Below, piece after piece: positions 41,593 to 51,253 of a stretch of DNA of 64,000 nucleotides (position 1 is the first letter of the stretch; the number at the start of each line of letters is the position of its first letter). The notes beneath the pieces are model-generated. The model searched no databases and had not been told where the DNA came from. It worked only from the letters and a program-made list of their open reading frames with translations. The translations under genes and the position numbers were made by a program. The DNA comes from Herminiimonas sp. (GTDB lineage: Bacteria > Pseudomonadota > Gammaproteobacteria > Burkholderiales > Burkholderiaceae_D): assembly GCA_028292265.1 (NCBI GenBank), contig JAQGMR010000017.1, positions 7,855 to 71,854 of the forward strand, read 5' to 3'.

Positions 41593-43314
41593 CTACTTTT
41601 TTCGGTTGAGTCGATCACGTTCTTCCTGCAGCAGGGCATCGAATTCCTCGCGTGGAAGGCCGCGGCAGCCCTCTGGAACGCCATGCATGCACAGGTCGAG
41701 ATATTCCGCGTGCGCCGCTGCGTTGTCGCCCATCGCATTGAGCGTCTCGGCACGTCCGAAACGCGACATCACGAACCCCGGACCGATTGCAAGGCCCTCA
41801 TTGAAATCACGCAATGCTTCGGGATAGCGCTTCATGAGGGACAGCGTGACGCCGCGGTCGTTCAGTACGTACACCTGGCCGGGCTTGATGGTTAGTGATT
41901 TGTTCAAGTCCGTGAGCGCCCGGTCCAGTTGACCGTCCCGCGTATAGGCGAGCCCGCGGTTGTGGTAGACCCGTTCTACGCCCGGCCGCTTGTCTTTTCC
42001 GACGGTCAGCTTGGCCGCATCGTCCCACAGCTTCAGCGCGCTCGAAAACGTCACGAGCCGATTCCAGGCGAGCGACGCAAATACAAGCCCGACGATGCCG
42101 AGAAGGGCCGCCGCATGCACCGCCTTGACCCGCCTGAAAAGATAAGGCAACGCTGCGAACAGGCATGGCATCCACAGGTAGCTTCGATACAGTACAAACG
42201 TCTCCTGGATGCGCACGGTCGACAGTTCCGTCGCAAACATCAGCCACGGGCACAGCATTGCAAAACCAAGCAACCCGGCTCGGCCACGCTTGTAAAGCAG
42301 GCGCAGCGCAACGCCTGCGTAGAGGATAAAGGCGACAAAGCCGGCCGTTTCTGGCCATGACATGAATCGGACCGCGAAACGTTCGAACATGTCGACCGCC
42401 ATCCAGTCCGGATTCGGCACGATCCACAGCAGCAGGTATTTGAAGAACAGAAAACCCTGCGTCATGATCGACAGCGGGTATGCCATGTGGGGGTCGAAGC
42501 CGGGATACTGCCGTGCCAGTTCCGCCAGCATGTCGCCGCCACGCGGTTCATAGGCCGCGCCCATGATGCCATTCGACTTCAGCTGCAAAACCACGCGGAG
42601 GGCGATTAGGGCATACAGCACGAACGGGACACTCCATTCACGCCACGATTCCCACCAGCGCCGACGCAGCAGAATGAGCAGGATGCCTGCCAATGCGGGC
42701 GCCATGATGGCGTGCTCCTTGCTGTAGACAGCAAGCACATAGGCCAGCGCCGAGATGACCAGAAGCTCACGTCGCTGGCGTACGACACCTTCAAGGAAGA
42801 GCAGCAGCATGCACAGCGTAAAAAGTCCGGCCAGCAGGCTGGTGCGCTGGATCAGATAGGCAGTTGCATACACCGATACCGGGTGCAGCGCGAACAATAG
42901 CGAGCCGAAAAAAGCCAGCCAGAGCGGCGACAGCGCGCCGCCTTGCGGTACGCGGACCGCAACAGCGCCGTTCTGCTCGCCTTCAAGCACAACTTCGAAC
43001 AACCGATGGAGGAACTGGAACAGGACAAGGCAGGTTGCGATATGGATCAACAGGTTACCGGCGCGGTACCAGATCAGTTGCAGCCCAACGAGGTGCCGGG
43101 TCCACTCAAAGGATCCATAGGCCAGCCCGCGTATGCCAAACAGGTAACCGAGAGTGAGGTTGTCTGGATGAACCGGCCCGCCAAAAAAATTATGGTCGTC
43201 AAAAACGACTGGATTCCAGAGGAACTGGCCATAGAGCGCCGCGGTGGCTACGCAGACAAGCGCAAATAGAAGCAGGCCAAGCCGCGGGGATGAAGCAGAG
43301 TGTGACAATTTCAT
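41593..43314 (-). CDS. Polytopic membrane protein with C-terminal TPR repeats (TMTC/PMT-like GT-C architecture)
   Basis: The N-terminus is LWNPVVFDDHNFF, followed by ~10 hydrophobic helices. The C-terminal ~170 aa hold TPR-like repeats (YHNRGLAYTRDGQLDRALTDLNKSLTIKPGQVYVLNDRGVTL...). Confidence 0.7.
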   Translation of the reverse strand: MKLSHSASSPRLGLLLFALVCVATAALYGQFLWNPVVFDDHNFFGGPVHPDNLTLGYLFGIRGLAYGSFEWTRHLVGLQLIWYRAGNLLIHIATCLVLFQFLHRLFEVVLEGEQNGAVAVRVPQGGALSPLWLAFFGSLLFALHPVSVYATAYLIQRTSLLAGLFTLCMLLLFLEGVVRQRRELLVISALAYVLAVYSKEHAIMAPALAGILLILLRRRWWESWREWSVPFVLYALIALRVVLQLKSNGIMGAAYEPRGGDMLAELARQYPGFDPHMAYPLSIMTQGFLFFKYLLLWIVPNPDWMAVDMFERFAVRFMSWPETAGFVAFILYAGVALRLLYKRGRAGLLGFAMLCPWLMFATELSTVRIQETFVLYRSYLWMPCLFAALPYLFRRVKAVHAAALLGIVGLVFASLAWNRLVTFSSALKLWDDAAKLTVGKDKRPGVERVYHNRGLAYTRDGQLDRALTDLNKSLTIKPGQVYVLNDRGVTLSLMKRYPEALRDFNEGLAIGPGFVMSRFGRAETLNAMGDNAAAHAEYLDLCMHGVPEGCRGLPREEFDALLQEERDRLNRKK

Positions 43315-43605
43315 TCTTGTGCTGTAAGGCTGGCGTGGCCCAAAGTCTTGCGCAAATGAGAATCTCCGGGCGGAAGCGCAAGGCTTGCAGAGTATAGCGG
43401 TTGTTATAGCGGCGGGCGTGATACCTGTCGCGCCGGCGACACGGACTTTGCCGGTGATGCGGCTGTGCGAATTAGCTGATGCAGCGGTTCAATCGGCGAC
43501 ATCGAATGTTCCTCGATCTACGTCGTCGATCGGGTATCGGGACGGATGGTCTTGGCGAAGATGCTCGCTTTCATTCCTTTGTGGCGCCAGGCGAAACACG
43601 CGATG

Positions 43606-44181
43606 TCAAAAAGCCTTGTCGCCCGACGGTGCAGGCGCCGGCAAGTGCAGCAGATCGAGAAGCGTACGGTAGGCTTGCACGGTGGCCAGCGGGTCCATGG
43701 CTTTTTCATCAGGCCGCATCAAGCCGAACGTGTCATAGCCAAAATCCTGTCGCTGCAACACGATTAGGCGGTCAACGCCAGACTCTGCAAGGGCGACGGA
43801 GCGGATGTCCACAAATGCGACACGATGCGCCGTCCGGTACATGCCATCAGCACTGCGGTTTTGCCATGAAACACTGCTGTCGGTCAGCACGAGGCGGCCA
43901 TCGCGTTGTTGCGACCTGCTGGTCGGCCCAAATCCAGAGGCCGATGGCAGCCAGACGCTGGCTGCCGAAAGGCGAACAGGCCCTCCTGGGTCGGAAACGA
44001 CGGGTATGGCACCCGCGGCCGCGGGCGGCGTTCCGGCCGGCGGCATGGCTGTTTCACCAAGAGGGACAGACGCTGGCGGAACGCTGCCGCAAGCGGCCAG
44101 CATGGCACACACCAGTATCACGGCGGCACCGGCCCGAGTCTGGCGGCCGGCCTGGTCCTGCGGTGTGGAGATCGTCGTCAT
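43606..44181 (-). CDS. Hypothetical lipoprotein
   Basis: Lipobox AMLAACGS followed by a Pro/Ala-rich linker. I recognise no family, and coding status rests on ORF length and the signal peptide only. Confidence 0.5.
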   Translation of the reverse strand: MTTISTPQDQAGRQTRAGAAVILVCAMLAACGSVPPASVPLGETAMPPAGTPPAAAGAIPVVSDPGGPVRLSAASVWLPSASGFGPTSRSQQRDGRLVLTDSSVSWQNRSADGMYRTAHRVAFVDIRSVALAESGVDRLIVLQRQDFGYDTFGLMRPDEKAMDPLATVQAYRTLLDLLHLPAPAPSGDKAF

Positions 44182-44368
44182 CGTTTCCTGATCTGCCTGC
44201 CATTGCCACCCATTGAATGACGGGTCTGAATTCGTGTCTCAGTCACGGTCCCACGGTGCTCTGGGGCGGCAGCATCTTGACGCCCGACAAAACACAAGCG
44301 TTGCCGCGGAGCGAAGATCGACGCTGCAAGCCTATGCCCATTTCCTTCGCACAAGCTCGGAGAACCCC

Positions 44369-45319
44369 ATGCCCGCACGATCCCTTGCCGACCTCTCGCT
44401 TTCCTTTGGTCTGGTGTCGATTCCGGTCAAGCTATTCTCAGCGACCCAGTCGAAGGACGGTGTTTCATTCAATCTGATCCACCGCCAATGCGGTTCCCGC
44501 ATGCGTCAACAATACGTCTGCATCCGGGAAGACGTGGTGGTGCCGCGTGAGGACATGGTCAAGGGTTACCAGTTTTCGAAAGACCAGTATGTCATTTTCG
44601 AGCCCGAAGAGCTGAAGGCACTGGAAGAAAAAGGCACGCACTCGATCGACATCGTGGCATTTGTGCCGGCCGGATCAATCGACCCGATCTATTACGACAA
44701 GGCCTACTACCTTGCGCCAGACAAGCGCGGGGACCGGCCCTATTCGCTGCTGCTGGAGGGCATGAAGCAAACCGGTCGCGTTGCACTGGCGCGCTGGGCA
44801 TGGCGAGGCAAGTCGTACACGGTCCAGGTGCGTCCTTCCCCGGAAGGCGGCCTGGTGCTGCAGCAATTGCTTTATGCCGATGAAGTGCGCTCTATGAATG
44901 AACTCGATATCCCGGATACCGAGGTCAAGAAGCCCGAGCTTGCTCTCGCCGTGCAGTTGATCGACCAGATCGCCCGCGACAGCTTCGATCCGCGCGAATA
45001 CGAAGACGAAGTCAAGAAGCGCATGGAGGTGGCGGTTGAGCAGAAAGTCGCAGGCCAGGAAATCTCGATTTCCGATGAGCCGGAGGCGGAAGGCGGCAAG
45101 GTGATTGACCTTATGGCGGCACTCAAGGCAAGCCTGGCCAAGAAATCGGGTGGCGGAACCAGCGCGGCCGGTGCCACCGCTACGGAACCGAAGGCAAAAA
45201 AATCTGCCCGGCGAGCCACACCGCGCGAGGAAACCGAGGCACCTGCTGAGCCGAAAAAGGCAACGGGAACGCACGGTGCGTCCAAGCCTGCTGCGAAAAA
45301 AACGCGCGCGAAAAAATAA
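44369..45319 (+). CDS. ku: Non-homologous end-joining protein Ku with a Lys-rich C-terminal tail
   Basis: Track ORF trimmed to ATG 44369, which is preceded by GGAGA. Motifs are LSFGLVSIPVKLFSAT and KAYYLAPDKRGDRPYSLL. The basic tail reads KKSARRATPREETEAPAEPKKATGTHGASKPAAKKTRAKK. Confidence 0.9.
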   Translation: MPARSLADLSLSFGLVSIPVKLFSATQSKDGVSFNLIHRQCGSRMRQQYVCIREDVVVPREDMVKGYQFSKDQYVIFEPEELKALEEKGTHSIDIVAFVPAGSIDPIYYDKAYYLAPDKRGDRPYSLLLEGMKQTGRVALARWAWRGKSYTVQVRPSPEGGLVLQQLLYADEVRSMNELDIPDTEVKKPELALAVQLIDQIARDSFDPREYEDEVKKRMEVAVEQKVAGQEISISDEPEAEGGKVIDLMAALKASLAKKSGGGTSAAGATATEPKAKKSARRATPREETEAPAEPKKATGTHGASKPAAKKTRAKK

Positions 45320-45342
45320 GGCTCCGCCAATTCGTCCCTGCA

Positions 45343-46224
45343 ATGCGGACCTTCACGGTCGCCGACCTTGAAAGCAGGTACGGCATTCTCCGCCGCTTGA
45401 TCACCAGCCTGGTGAAGGACGGGTTCGTCATGCCGTCACGCGGACCGCGCCGGGAATACCGCTTCTCCTTTCATGATGTTGTGATCCTGCGCATGGCACA
45501 GGACCTCGTTACAGCGGGCGTACCCGCAGCGCGGGCAGTTCGCTTCCTCGGATCGTTACGGCGCAACCTTCCGGTCGCGTCGGCGATCGGTACCCGGGTC
45601 GTCGCCGCGGGACGTGAAATGGTGGTGCGCGAAGACGGACGATTGCGCAATGAAGATGGGCAGCTTGTCATTGATTTTATGGAACGCAGCACAAGCGAAG
45701 GGGCGCGTCCGTCCCGCTTGCCGGAGCCTGCCAGGGCGTCGGGCCCCAAGCCATCGAAGCTGGACGACGCTGCCGCGCAGCGAGAGACCCCCGCTAAAAA
45801 ATCGATGCCTGTAAAGGACGCCGATTACTGGTTCAACAGCGCCGGGCGGCTGGAAGAAAGTGATCCTCTGCAGGCGATTCTGCATTACCGCAAGGCGATC
45901 GCGTTACGAGCGGGCTTTGCCGATGCCTGGATCAATCTTGGCGTCCTGTTGCTCGAAGGCCGCCAAGTCCTGGAAGCAGTGGTGGTCTATGAGGAAGCGG
46001 TAGCGCATTGCAGAACCTCTCCCCTGCTCTACTTCAATCTTGGTGTCGCGCGTGAAGAACTCAAGCAACTGGACAAGGCGCTGCGCGCTTACGCGGAGGC
46101 GATCCGGCTCGATCCCGAATTCGCCGACGCCTACTTCAACGCGGGGCGCCTGCATGAAATGCTCGGCCACAAGACCGCGGCGATACGGCACTTCAGCCAG
46201 TACCGGCGGTTGGCGCGGACTTGA
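45343..46224 (+). CDS. MerR-like HTH protein fused to C-terminal TPR repeats
   Basis: The N-terminus FTVADLESRYGILRRLITSLVKDGFVMPSRGPRREYRFSFHDVVILRMAQDL fits the MerR HTH pattern. The C-terminus has TPR motifs (AILHYRKAIALRAGFADAWINLGVLL..., ALRAYAEAIRLDPEFADAYFNAGRL). Confidence 0.7.
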   Translation: MRTFTVADLESRYGILRRLITSLVKDGFVMPSRGPRREYRFSFHDVVILRMAQDLVTAGVPAARAVRFLGSLRRNLPVASAIGTRVVAAGREMVVREDGRLRNEDGQLVIDFMERSTSEGARPSRLPEPARASGPKPSKLDDAAAQRETPAKKSMPVKDADYWFNSAGRLEESDPLQAILHYRKAIALRAGFADAWINLGVLLLEGRQVLEAVVVYEEAVAHCRTSPLLYFNLGVAREELKQLDKALRAYAEAIRLDPEFADAYFNAGRLHEMLGHKTAAIRHFSQYRRLART

Positions 46225-46309
46225 TGCCGGTGCGACGTGCGTGAGCGCGATCTGCACACAATTAGCCGCGACTTGCTACCAGTTTGGCTTCTATTTGCGT
46301 TGAAAGCTG

Positions 46310-46786
46310 TCAGCGGGACGGCGCGCCCAGCCTCCCGTCGTAAGTCCACTTGCGAATCCGTTTAGCCCTGATCGATTTGGCGTCCGGATGGAGCGGATTA
46401 ATCAGGAGGTTGCGCTCCTCCGGAACGATTGCCGACGGAACCAGCATTACGGCTGTACGGCATGCCGCCGCCCAGGCATCGCCAGCATCAAGGCTCAGCC
46501 GCCCGGTCGGTATCGCATCCCAACCGATTGCCGGCACAGCATGCGTTGCCGCGTTCCATACGTCATCGGGAATATCGACTTGAACCAGATAGCGATTCAG
46601 CGGCAGGCCGCCAGCCCTGAGGTGGACGAAGGTCTCCAGGCAAGCCAGTGCAATGTTTTCTGAGCAGTAAACCATCGCGGTCCCGGCACGATTCCAGCGG
46701 CCGCCGGTCGCCTTGGCGCCAGCGCCGCCAAGGTGACCGGCACCGTAATCTGGCGCATCGGTTGCAATGCGCCATACCCGCGTCAA
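46310..46786 (-). CDS. RES-domain toxin (MbcT/ParT-like)
   Basis: 158 aa. GGRWNRAGTAMVYCSENIALACLETFVH is the RES-family signature region. It overlaps the upstream antitoxin by 4 nt. Confidence 0.85.
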   Translation of the reverse strand: MTRVWRIATDAPDYGAGHLGGAGAKATGGRWNRAGTAMVYCSENIALACLETFVHLRAGGLPLNRYLVQVDIPDDVWNAATHAVPAIGWDAIPTGRLSLDAGDAWAAACRTAVMLVPSAIVPEERNLLINPLHPDAKSIRAKRIRKWTYDGRLGAPSR

Positions 46787-47304
46787 GCGTAGGCTCCGCT
46801 TTGCATCATGGACAGCAGACTCGATACCAGCTTCTGCCCTTCCATGGTGTCAAGCCAGGCGCCCGGCGCTTCGCCACCCAGCGCTGGCAGCGGCTGCTCC
46901 AGCCACTGCGCAACCCACTTCGCAGCGTTGAAACCTTCCACGTTGCCCGATTGCTCCACCATCGCCTGCACCTGCCCGATCAGGTTCGACATGCCGACCA
47001 CACGTTCACTGTCGCCGGTGGAAAGCGCTTCATTTCGGCTCGCCTTGCGGTTAATGGTCGCTGTCGACAGGTTGAGGGATTTGAACAGGCGGTCCTGTGG
47101 AATGTCCATGGCACGTACCAGGTCTTTGACTTCCGATGCGGGTACGCCTCGGCGGATCCATTTGACCCGCAGGTCCGGCGTGGTGAGGTACACCTTTGGA
47201 AAATCGACGAGCGAAACTTTAGCGCCTGAGGACGCAGTGGACGATTCTGCATGGGGGGTGCGGGTCCTTTTAGGCGGTGGGCGCTTCTCTGCGTGGGCGA
47301 TCAT
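46783..47304 (-). CDS. Xre-type / DUF2384 antitoxin (MbcA/ParS-like)
   Basis: Track ORF trimmed to ATG 47304. The C-terminal WVAQWLEQPLPALGGEAPGAWLDTMEGQKLVSSLLSMMQSGAYA is the DUF2384 signature, and an HTH-like segment lies upstream of it. Confidence 0.8.
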   Translation of the reverse strand: MIAHAEKRPPPKRTRTPHAESSTASSGAKVSLVDFPKVYLTTPDLRVKWIRRGVPASEVKDLVRAMDIPQDRLFKSLNLSTATINRKASRNEALSTGDSERVVGMSNLIGQVQAMVEQSGNVEGFNAAKWVAQWLEQPLPALGGEAPGAWLDTMEGQKLVSSLLSMMQSGAYA

Positions 47305-47309
47305 GTGAT

Positions 47310-47325
47310 GTGCTCCTTTGAGCAC
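47310..47325 (-). promoter_or_regulatory. Perfect 6-bp-arm palindrome enclosing the antitoxin RBS
   Basis: The minus strand reads GTGCTCAAAGGAGCAC-atcac-ATG. The arms GTGCTC and GAGCAC flank the AAGGAG Shine-Dalgarno. It could be an operator half-site or an mRNA hairpin. Confidence 0.3.
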
Positions 47326-47495
47326 CCATGTTAGCTCAGTTAAGCAGAACAGGGAAAGCGAATCTTGTTGAGTACCGCTGATAATGCACAACCGAATCCG
47401 AACTATTAGCGGTTCGACCGCTGCACTCTCCGGTCAGCGCCGATTGTCGAACGATATACTGACGTGGACGCCGGTGCGCCCCTGGAGAAAAGCAT

Positions 47496-49082
47496 ATGCG
47501 CAGCGCAATTCGTATGGTTGTGCCAGCCTCGATTTTTTGCTGCCTCGCCGTGGCTTGCGGCGGCATACCGCCTGGGAGCAACCAGGCAGACGGGACAGTC
47601 CCTTCGCCGTTCGTTCCGCCGAACGAGGTGTCGGCAGTTCCCATACCGCCGGGTCAGATTGACGAGGCGGTTGCGAGTCTGGACCGCCTGGCCTCCGACA
47701 TCATGGCGCACACGGCCATTCCCGGCATGGCTATCGCGGTGGTTCGCGGTGGCAAGACAGTTTATGCGAAGGGCTTCGGCGTTCGGCAAGCCGGCCTCGC
47801 AGCCGGGGTTGACGCCGACACGGTGTTTCCCCTCGCATCAATATCCAAGTCAATTGGAGCGACCGTCGTCGCGCAGCAGGTCAGCAAAAAAATGGTCCAG
47901 TGGAACACGCCAGTACGAAGCCGGCTGCCATGGTTTGCACTGGCAGACCCCTTCGTCACGCAGAACGTCACGATCGGCGATCTGTACTCGCACCGGTCCG
48001 GTTTGCCAGACCATGCTGGAGACAAGCTTGAGGACCTCGGCTATGGCCGGACCGAAGTCCTGCAGCGGCTCCAGCAAGTTCCCCTGTCGCCTTTTCGCTC
48101 GAGCTATGACTACACCAATTTTGGCATCACAGCAGCCGCGGAGGCGGTCGCAAGCGCGGCCGGCGTCAATTGGGAAACGCTATCGGAACAGGCGATCTAC
48201 CGTCCGCTTGGCATGCTGTCGACAAGCTCTCGCCATGCTGATTTCATGTCACGGCAAAATCGGGTTACTTCGCACTTAAGGCTGCCCGATGGGACCTGGG
48301 TTGCGGGCGCAGAACGCAACCCGGATGCGCAATCCGCCGCCGGCGGCGTGAGCGCCTCTGTCAACGACATGGCCCGATGGCTTACGCTGGTACTGGCCAA
48401 CGGCGCCTATGACGGAAGGCAGGTGGTCGAGTCCGACGCCCTGCTGCCTGTCATGTCGCCACAATCGATATCGAGTCCGCCTTCGAACAGCAACGCCAGA
48501 GCCGGCTTCTACGGCTACGGATTCGGCGTTGGCACCTCGGCGGCGGGCCGCGTGGTGCTCAGTCATTCCGGTGCATTTGCGCTGGGAGCATCGACCAACT
48601 TCACCGCCATACCATCGGCCGATATTGCGATTGTGATCCTCACCAACGCTGGCCCGATCGGCGTGCCGGAAACGGTTGCCGCGCAGTTCGCCGACCTGGT
48701 GCAATTGGGGCGCGTGCAGCAGGACTGGGAGGTGCTTTACCGCAAAGCGCTGGCACCACTGATGGCGCCGGTCGGCTCGCTTGTTGATGCGGCCCGGCCG
48801 GCAAACCCAGCTCCGCGCAAGGCACTCTCGGCTTACACCGGCACCTATCAAAGCGCTTATTACGGGCCGCTGCAGGTTGTGGACAACAGCGGTTCGATGG
48901 AATTGCGGCTGGGCCCGCAACCCATGCGTTTTCCGCTGTCGCATTGGGACGGCGACGTGTTCAGCTTCATGCTCAACAATGAAAACGCGCCACCCGGCAC
49001 GATTTCAAAGGCGAGCTTCTCTGCCGGGAAGGTGGTGCTGGAGTTCTACGACGACGGCGTTCTCGGCACTTTTACGCGTTGA
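47496..49082 (+). CDS. Serine hydrolase of the beta-lactamase / family VIII esterase fold, lipoprotein
   Basis: Lipobox LAVACGG, SxxK motif SISK, YxN motif YTN and HSG in place of KTG. It carries a C-terminal extra domain. Confidence 0.85.
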   Translation: MRSAIRMVVPASIFCCLAVACGGIPPGSNQADGTVPSPFVPPNEVSAVPIPPGQIDEAVASLDRLASDIMAHTAIPGMAIAVVRGGKTVYAKGFGVRQAGLAAGVDADTVFPLASISKSIGATVVAQQVSKKMVQWNTPVRSRLPWFALADPFVTQNVTIGDLYSHRSGLPDHAGDKLEDLGYGRTEVLQRLQQVPLSPFRSSYDYTNFGITAAAEAVASAAGVNWETLSEQAIYRPLGMLSTSSRHADFMSRQNRVTSHLRLPDGTWVAGAERNPDAQSAAGGVSASVNDMARWLTLVLANGAYDGRQVVESDALLPVMSPQSISSPPSNSNARAGFYGYGFGVGTSAAGRVVLSHSGAFALGASTNFTAIPSADIAIVILTNAGPIGVPETVAAQFADLVQLGRVQQDWEVLYRKALAPLMAPVGSLVDAARPANPAPRKALSAYTGTYQSAYYGPLQVVDNSGSMELRLGPQPMRFPLSHWDGDVFSFMLNNENAPPGTISKASFSAGKVVLEFYDDGVLGTFTR

Positions 49083-49439
49083 ATTTTAAGCGTTGAATTT
49101 CAAGACACCCCTATACCGATGCGAACCGGTCACGCAGCAACTTCGCGCTGGGATTGCCGTTGTCGATAATGTCCGCCTCGTCGGCCGATACGAGACGCCC
49201 GTCCCGCACGATCACTTTGCCGGCGATCATGCACCAGAGAAGGCATTGAAAGGAATAAAAAATAGCCGAAATAGCGCGCTCGCACTGCATGTGCACGCGT
49301 TCAGGGCGCTCTAGCGCTTGAACGCCGAACACGAACTCTTTTTGTGATGTGATTATTAGGGATAGCGCTTCGCCGCTTGACGCGGGCGACATGCATAGGG
49401 TCTACTTGCGCGAAATTTGATCAGGAGCCCGGCCCCGAA

Positions 49440-50216
49440 ATGAGTATCGACGCAGTACTGATCGCAGTAAGCGACATTGCCCATGCAGTGATTCTGCCGC
49501 CGGGCAGCCTGTTCCTTCTAATGGCCATCGGGCTGCTGGTTCGACGCCGCCTTCCTGTAGCAGGACGGGTAATGACCGGCGGCGCAATTCTGGCGCTGTA
49601 TGTCTTGTCGACCAGCTTGGGAGCGCAGCTCTTCGTCGCACCGCTGGAGCGACTGGCGTTGCCGCTACGGGCGATTGACAAGACCGGCGCACAGGCCATC
49701 GTCGTACTGGGTGCTGGAAGAATGCGCGACGCGCCAGAGTACGCCGGACGAGATATCCCGGACTATGTGGCCCTGGCCCGCCTGCGCTACGCCGCCCATT
49801 TGCAGCGCGCCACCAGGCTTCCGATATTGGTAACGGGCGGCGGCGAGCTGAAAGCCGACGTACCGTCCCTCGCCGATTCCATGGCGACCGCCCTGCGGGA
49901 GGACTTTGGCGTTCCGGTCAAATGGGTTGAAGGCCGGTCGCGAAACACGGCGGAGAACGCGTCAATGAGCGCTGCGATGCTTGCGCCTGAAAAGGTAAAG
50001 CGCATTTTGCTCGTGACCGATGCCATGCACATGCCGCGTGCTCGCACGGCCTTCCAGCAGGCCGGCTTCGATGTCGTGTCGGCGCCCACCATGTTCTTCA
50101 ACGGGGCGACGCTCAGCGCGATGTCGCTGGTGCCGAGCGCGGAAGCGTTGCGTCAATCGTGGTATGCGATTTACGAGCTGGTCGGGATTGGGTGGTATTG
50201 GGTGCGGTATCGGTAG
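49440..50216 (+). CDS. DUF218 (YdcF/ElyC family) envelope protein
   Basis: Track ORF trimmed to ATG 49440. It has N-terminal TM helices, then AIVVLGAG, ILVTGG and SRNTAENA, which are typical of DUF218. Confidence 0.8.
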   Translation: MSIDAVLIAVSDIAHAVILPPGSLFLLMAIGLLVRRRLPVAGRVMTGGAILALYVLSTSLGAQLFVAPLERLALPLRAIDKTGAQAIVVLGAGRMRDAPEYAGRDIPDYVALARLRYAAHLQRATRLPILVTGGGELKADVPSLADSMATALREDFGVPVKWVEGRSRNTAENASMSAAMLAPEKVKRILLVTDAMHMPRARTAFQQAGFDVVSAPTMFFNGATLSAMSLVPSAEALRQSWYAIYELVGIGWYWVRYR

Positions 50217-50263
50217 CTGCAGGTCTGGCCTCGGGGACGGAATTTAAAGAAAGGAACCATGAA

Positions 50264-51253
50264 ATGACACTCCTTGCTGTAGTAGCGCTTTGGATCGTAG
50301 TTGTTCCCGTGGTGATTGCGGCCGGCTTGGCCATTTTCAGCTGGTGCATCGTCAAGCGGGTGGAGGCAAGCATGCCGCCGCTGGGGCGATTCGTCGATAT
50401 TGGCGACGTCACCTTCCATGTCCATGAGCAGGGGCAAGGTCCGTCCATTCTGCTGATTCACGGCCTTGCGGGACAGTTGCAGATGTTCACCTACGGCTTG
50501 GCCGGCAAGCTAGCGCAACGTTTTCGCGTCGTGGCTATCGACCGGCCGGGTTCAGGCTACTCAATTCGTCCTCAAGGGACGTCTGCGGATCTTTCAACCC
50601 AGGCTGCGGCCATCGCAGCGCTCATTGCGAAACTTGACCTCGGGCCGACGCTGCTGGTGGGGCATTCTCTTGGTGGCGCCGTGGCGCTTACGCTCGCTAT
50701 TGAGCATGCTTCGAGTGTCGCTGGTCTCGCATTGGTGGCACCCTTAACGCACGTATCTAAAGCCAAGGTGCCGCCTGTGTTTCGTGCGTTGACGATCGAG
50801 TCACCGTTGCTGCGCAAGTTGGTCGCGTGGACGCTCGCAGTCCCGGCTTCCCTTGCCGCCCGCCGAGCGGTGTTAGAAGAAGTGTTCGGCCCGGAACCAG
50901 TACCGAACGACTTCTCGACGCGTGGCGGTGGACTGCTGGGGCTGCGTCCGAGCCATTTCATTGCAGCGTCAATGGATTTGCAGGCCATCCCGGAGCACAT
51001 GCCTGCCATCGAGGCGCGTTACGGCGAATTGACCGTTCCCGTCAATGTTCTTTTCGGCAGAGGCGACCGCATCGTGGGATGGAAGACGAACGGCGAAAAA
51101 TTTATTGCCCGAGTGCCAGGTGCCAAATTACTGCTAGTGGAAGGCGGCCACATGCTGCCGATAACGAACCCCGAATTGACGGCACGGTTTATCGAAGAAT
51201 CGGCGCGCCATTTGTGGGAAAAGAAGCCGTGCGACTCGCCGAGCATCGACTAA
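50264..51253 (+). CDS. Membrane-anchored alpha/beta-fold hydrolase
   Basis: Track ORF trimmed to ATG 50264, which is preceded by AAGGA. It has an N-terminal TM helix, HGLAG, the nucleophile elbow GHSLGG and a C-terminal His in EGGHMLP. Confidence 0.85.
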   Translation: MTLLAVVALWIVVVPVVIAAGLAIFSWCIVKRVEASMPPLGRFVDIGDVTFHVHEQGQGPSILLIHGLAGQLQMFTYGLAGKLAQRFRVVAIDRPGSGYSIRPQGTSADLSTQAAAIAALIAKLDLGPTLLVGHSLGGAVALTLAIEHASSVAGLALVAPLTHVSKAKVPPVFRALTIESPLLRKLVAWTLAVPASLAARRAVLEEVFGPEPVPNDFSTRGGGLLGLRPSHFIAASMDLQAIPEHMPAIEARYGELTVPVNVLFGRGDRIVGWKTNGEKFIARVPGAKLLLVEGGHMLPITNPELTARFIEESARHLWEKKPCDSPSID

